Origin: Nostoc punctiforme PCC 73102
GTDB taxonomy: Bacteria; Cyanobacteriota; Cyanobacteriia; Cyanobacteriales; Nostocaceae
Reading direction: 5' to 3'
DNA length: 32,000 nt
Assembly (NCBI RefSeq): GCF_000020025.1
Contig: NC_010628.1
Location: 5,160,001-5,192,000, forward strand
The notes beneath the pieces are model-generated. The model made no database searches. It was not told where the DNA came from and was given only the letters and a program-made list of their open reading frames with translations. Shown in pieces: positions 31,891-32,000 of the stretch. Position numbers and translations under genes: made by a program. Positions within the stretch are counted from its first letter, which is position 1. Each line of letters starts with the position of its first letter.

Positions 31891-32000
31891 CTAATGCACC
31901 AGATTTCCTTGTTTAAGTTGCTCCTTGGCTAAAGCCAATGCTTGATGAGCATTTTTAAACTTTGTTTCATCCGTAAATTTATGATCAAAACACTTTAAAT
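31891..32000 (-). CDS. Possible 3' end of an unidentified gene entering from the right edge of the window
   Basis: The minus-strand frame is open from the window edge to a TAG at 31891-31893 (..LKCFDHKFTDETKFKNAHQALALAKEQLKQGNLVH*). The fragment is too short to classify. Confidence 0.25.
   Translation of the reverse strand, partial: LKCFDHKFTDETKFKNAHQALALAKEQLKQGNLVH

Overview
The window looks like a chromosomal segment from a filamentous cyanobacterium of the Nostoc/Anabaena type. The main evidence is many copies of the HIP1 palindrome GCGATCGC, Nostoc-style short dispersed and tandem repeats, and cyanobacterial gene content. About 24 protein-coding genes can be supported. They include pstS with a likely pstC start, a Uma2 endonuclease, and a SpoIIM-like / membrane protein / RDD cluster. 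They also include a 2H-phosphoesterase-like protein, holA, a LuxR-type regulator, recR and dnaX. The remainder are a processive GT2 glycosyltransferase, a PEP-CTERM protein, a membrane-anchored GTPase, a GAF hybrid histidine kinase and nifJ (pyruvate:ferredoxin/flavodoxin oxidoreductase). No rRNA, tRNA, CRISPR array, transposase or integrase was recognised. Two loci stand out. The first (21288-23221, minus strand) is an AT-rich, HIP1-free pair of overlapping genes. It encodes an ABC-type ATPase and an RloB/Toprim-like protein, which is an AbiL/PARIS-style candidate defence cassette. The second (9898-14726, minus strand) is a 1322-aa protein with WEY repeats, 8 TPRs and a CHAT caspase-like domain. 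Directly upstream lies a 232-aa paralogue of only its N-terminal module, with a duplicated promoter/leader. This resembles the adaptor-domain logic of bacterial conflict systems. Other observations: two apparently repeat-derived in-frame insertions in nifJ; HIP1 sites in exact 102-bp register with the TPR repeats; related palindromes bracketing recR; a nested-palindrome MITE-like element with a second partial copy; a Pho-box-like array upstream of pstS; and 15-bp and 75-bp in-frame tandem repeats in dnaX and the CHAT gene. All protein family calls rest on motifs read by eye, because no database search could be run.
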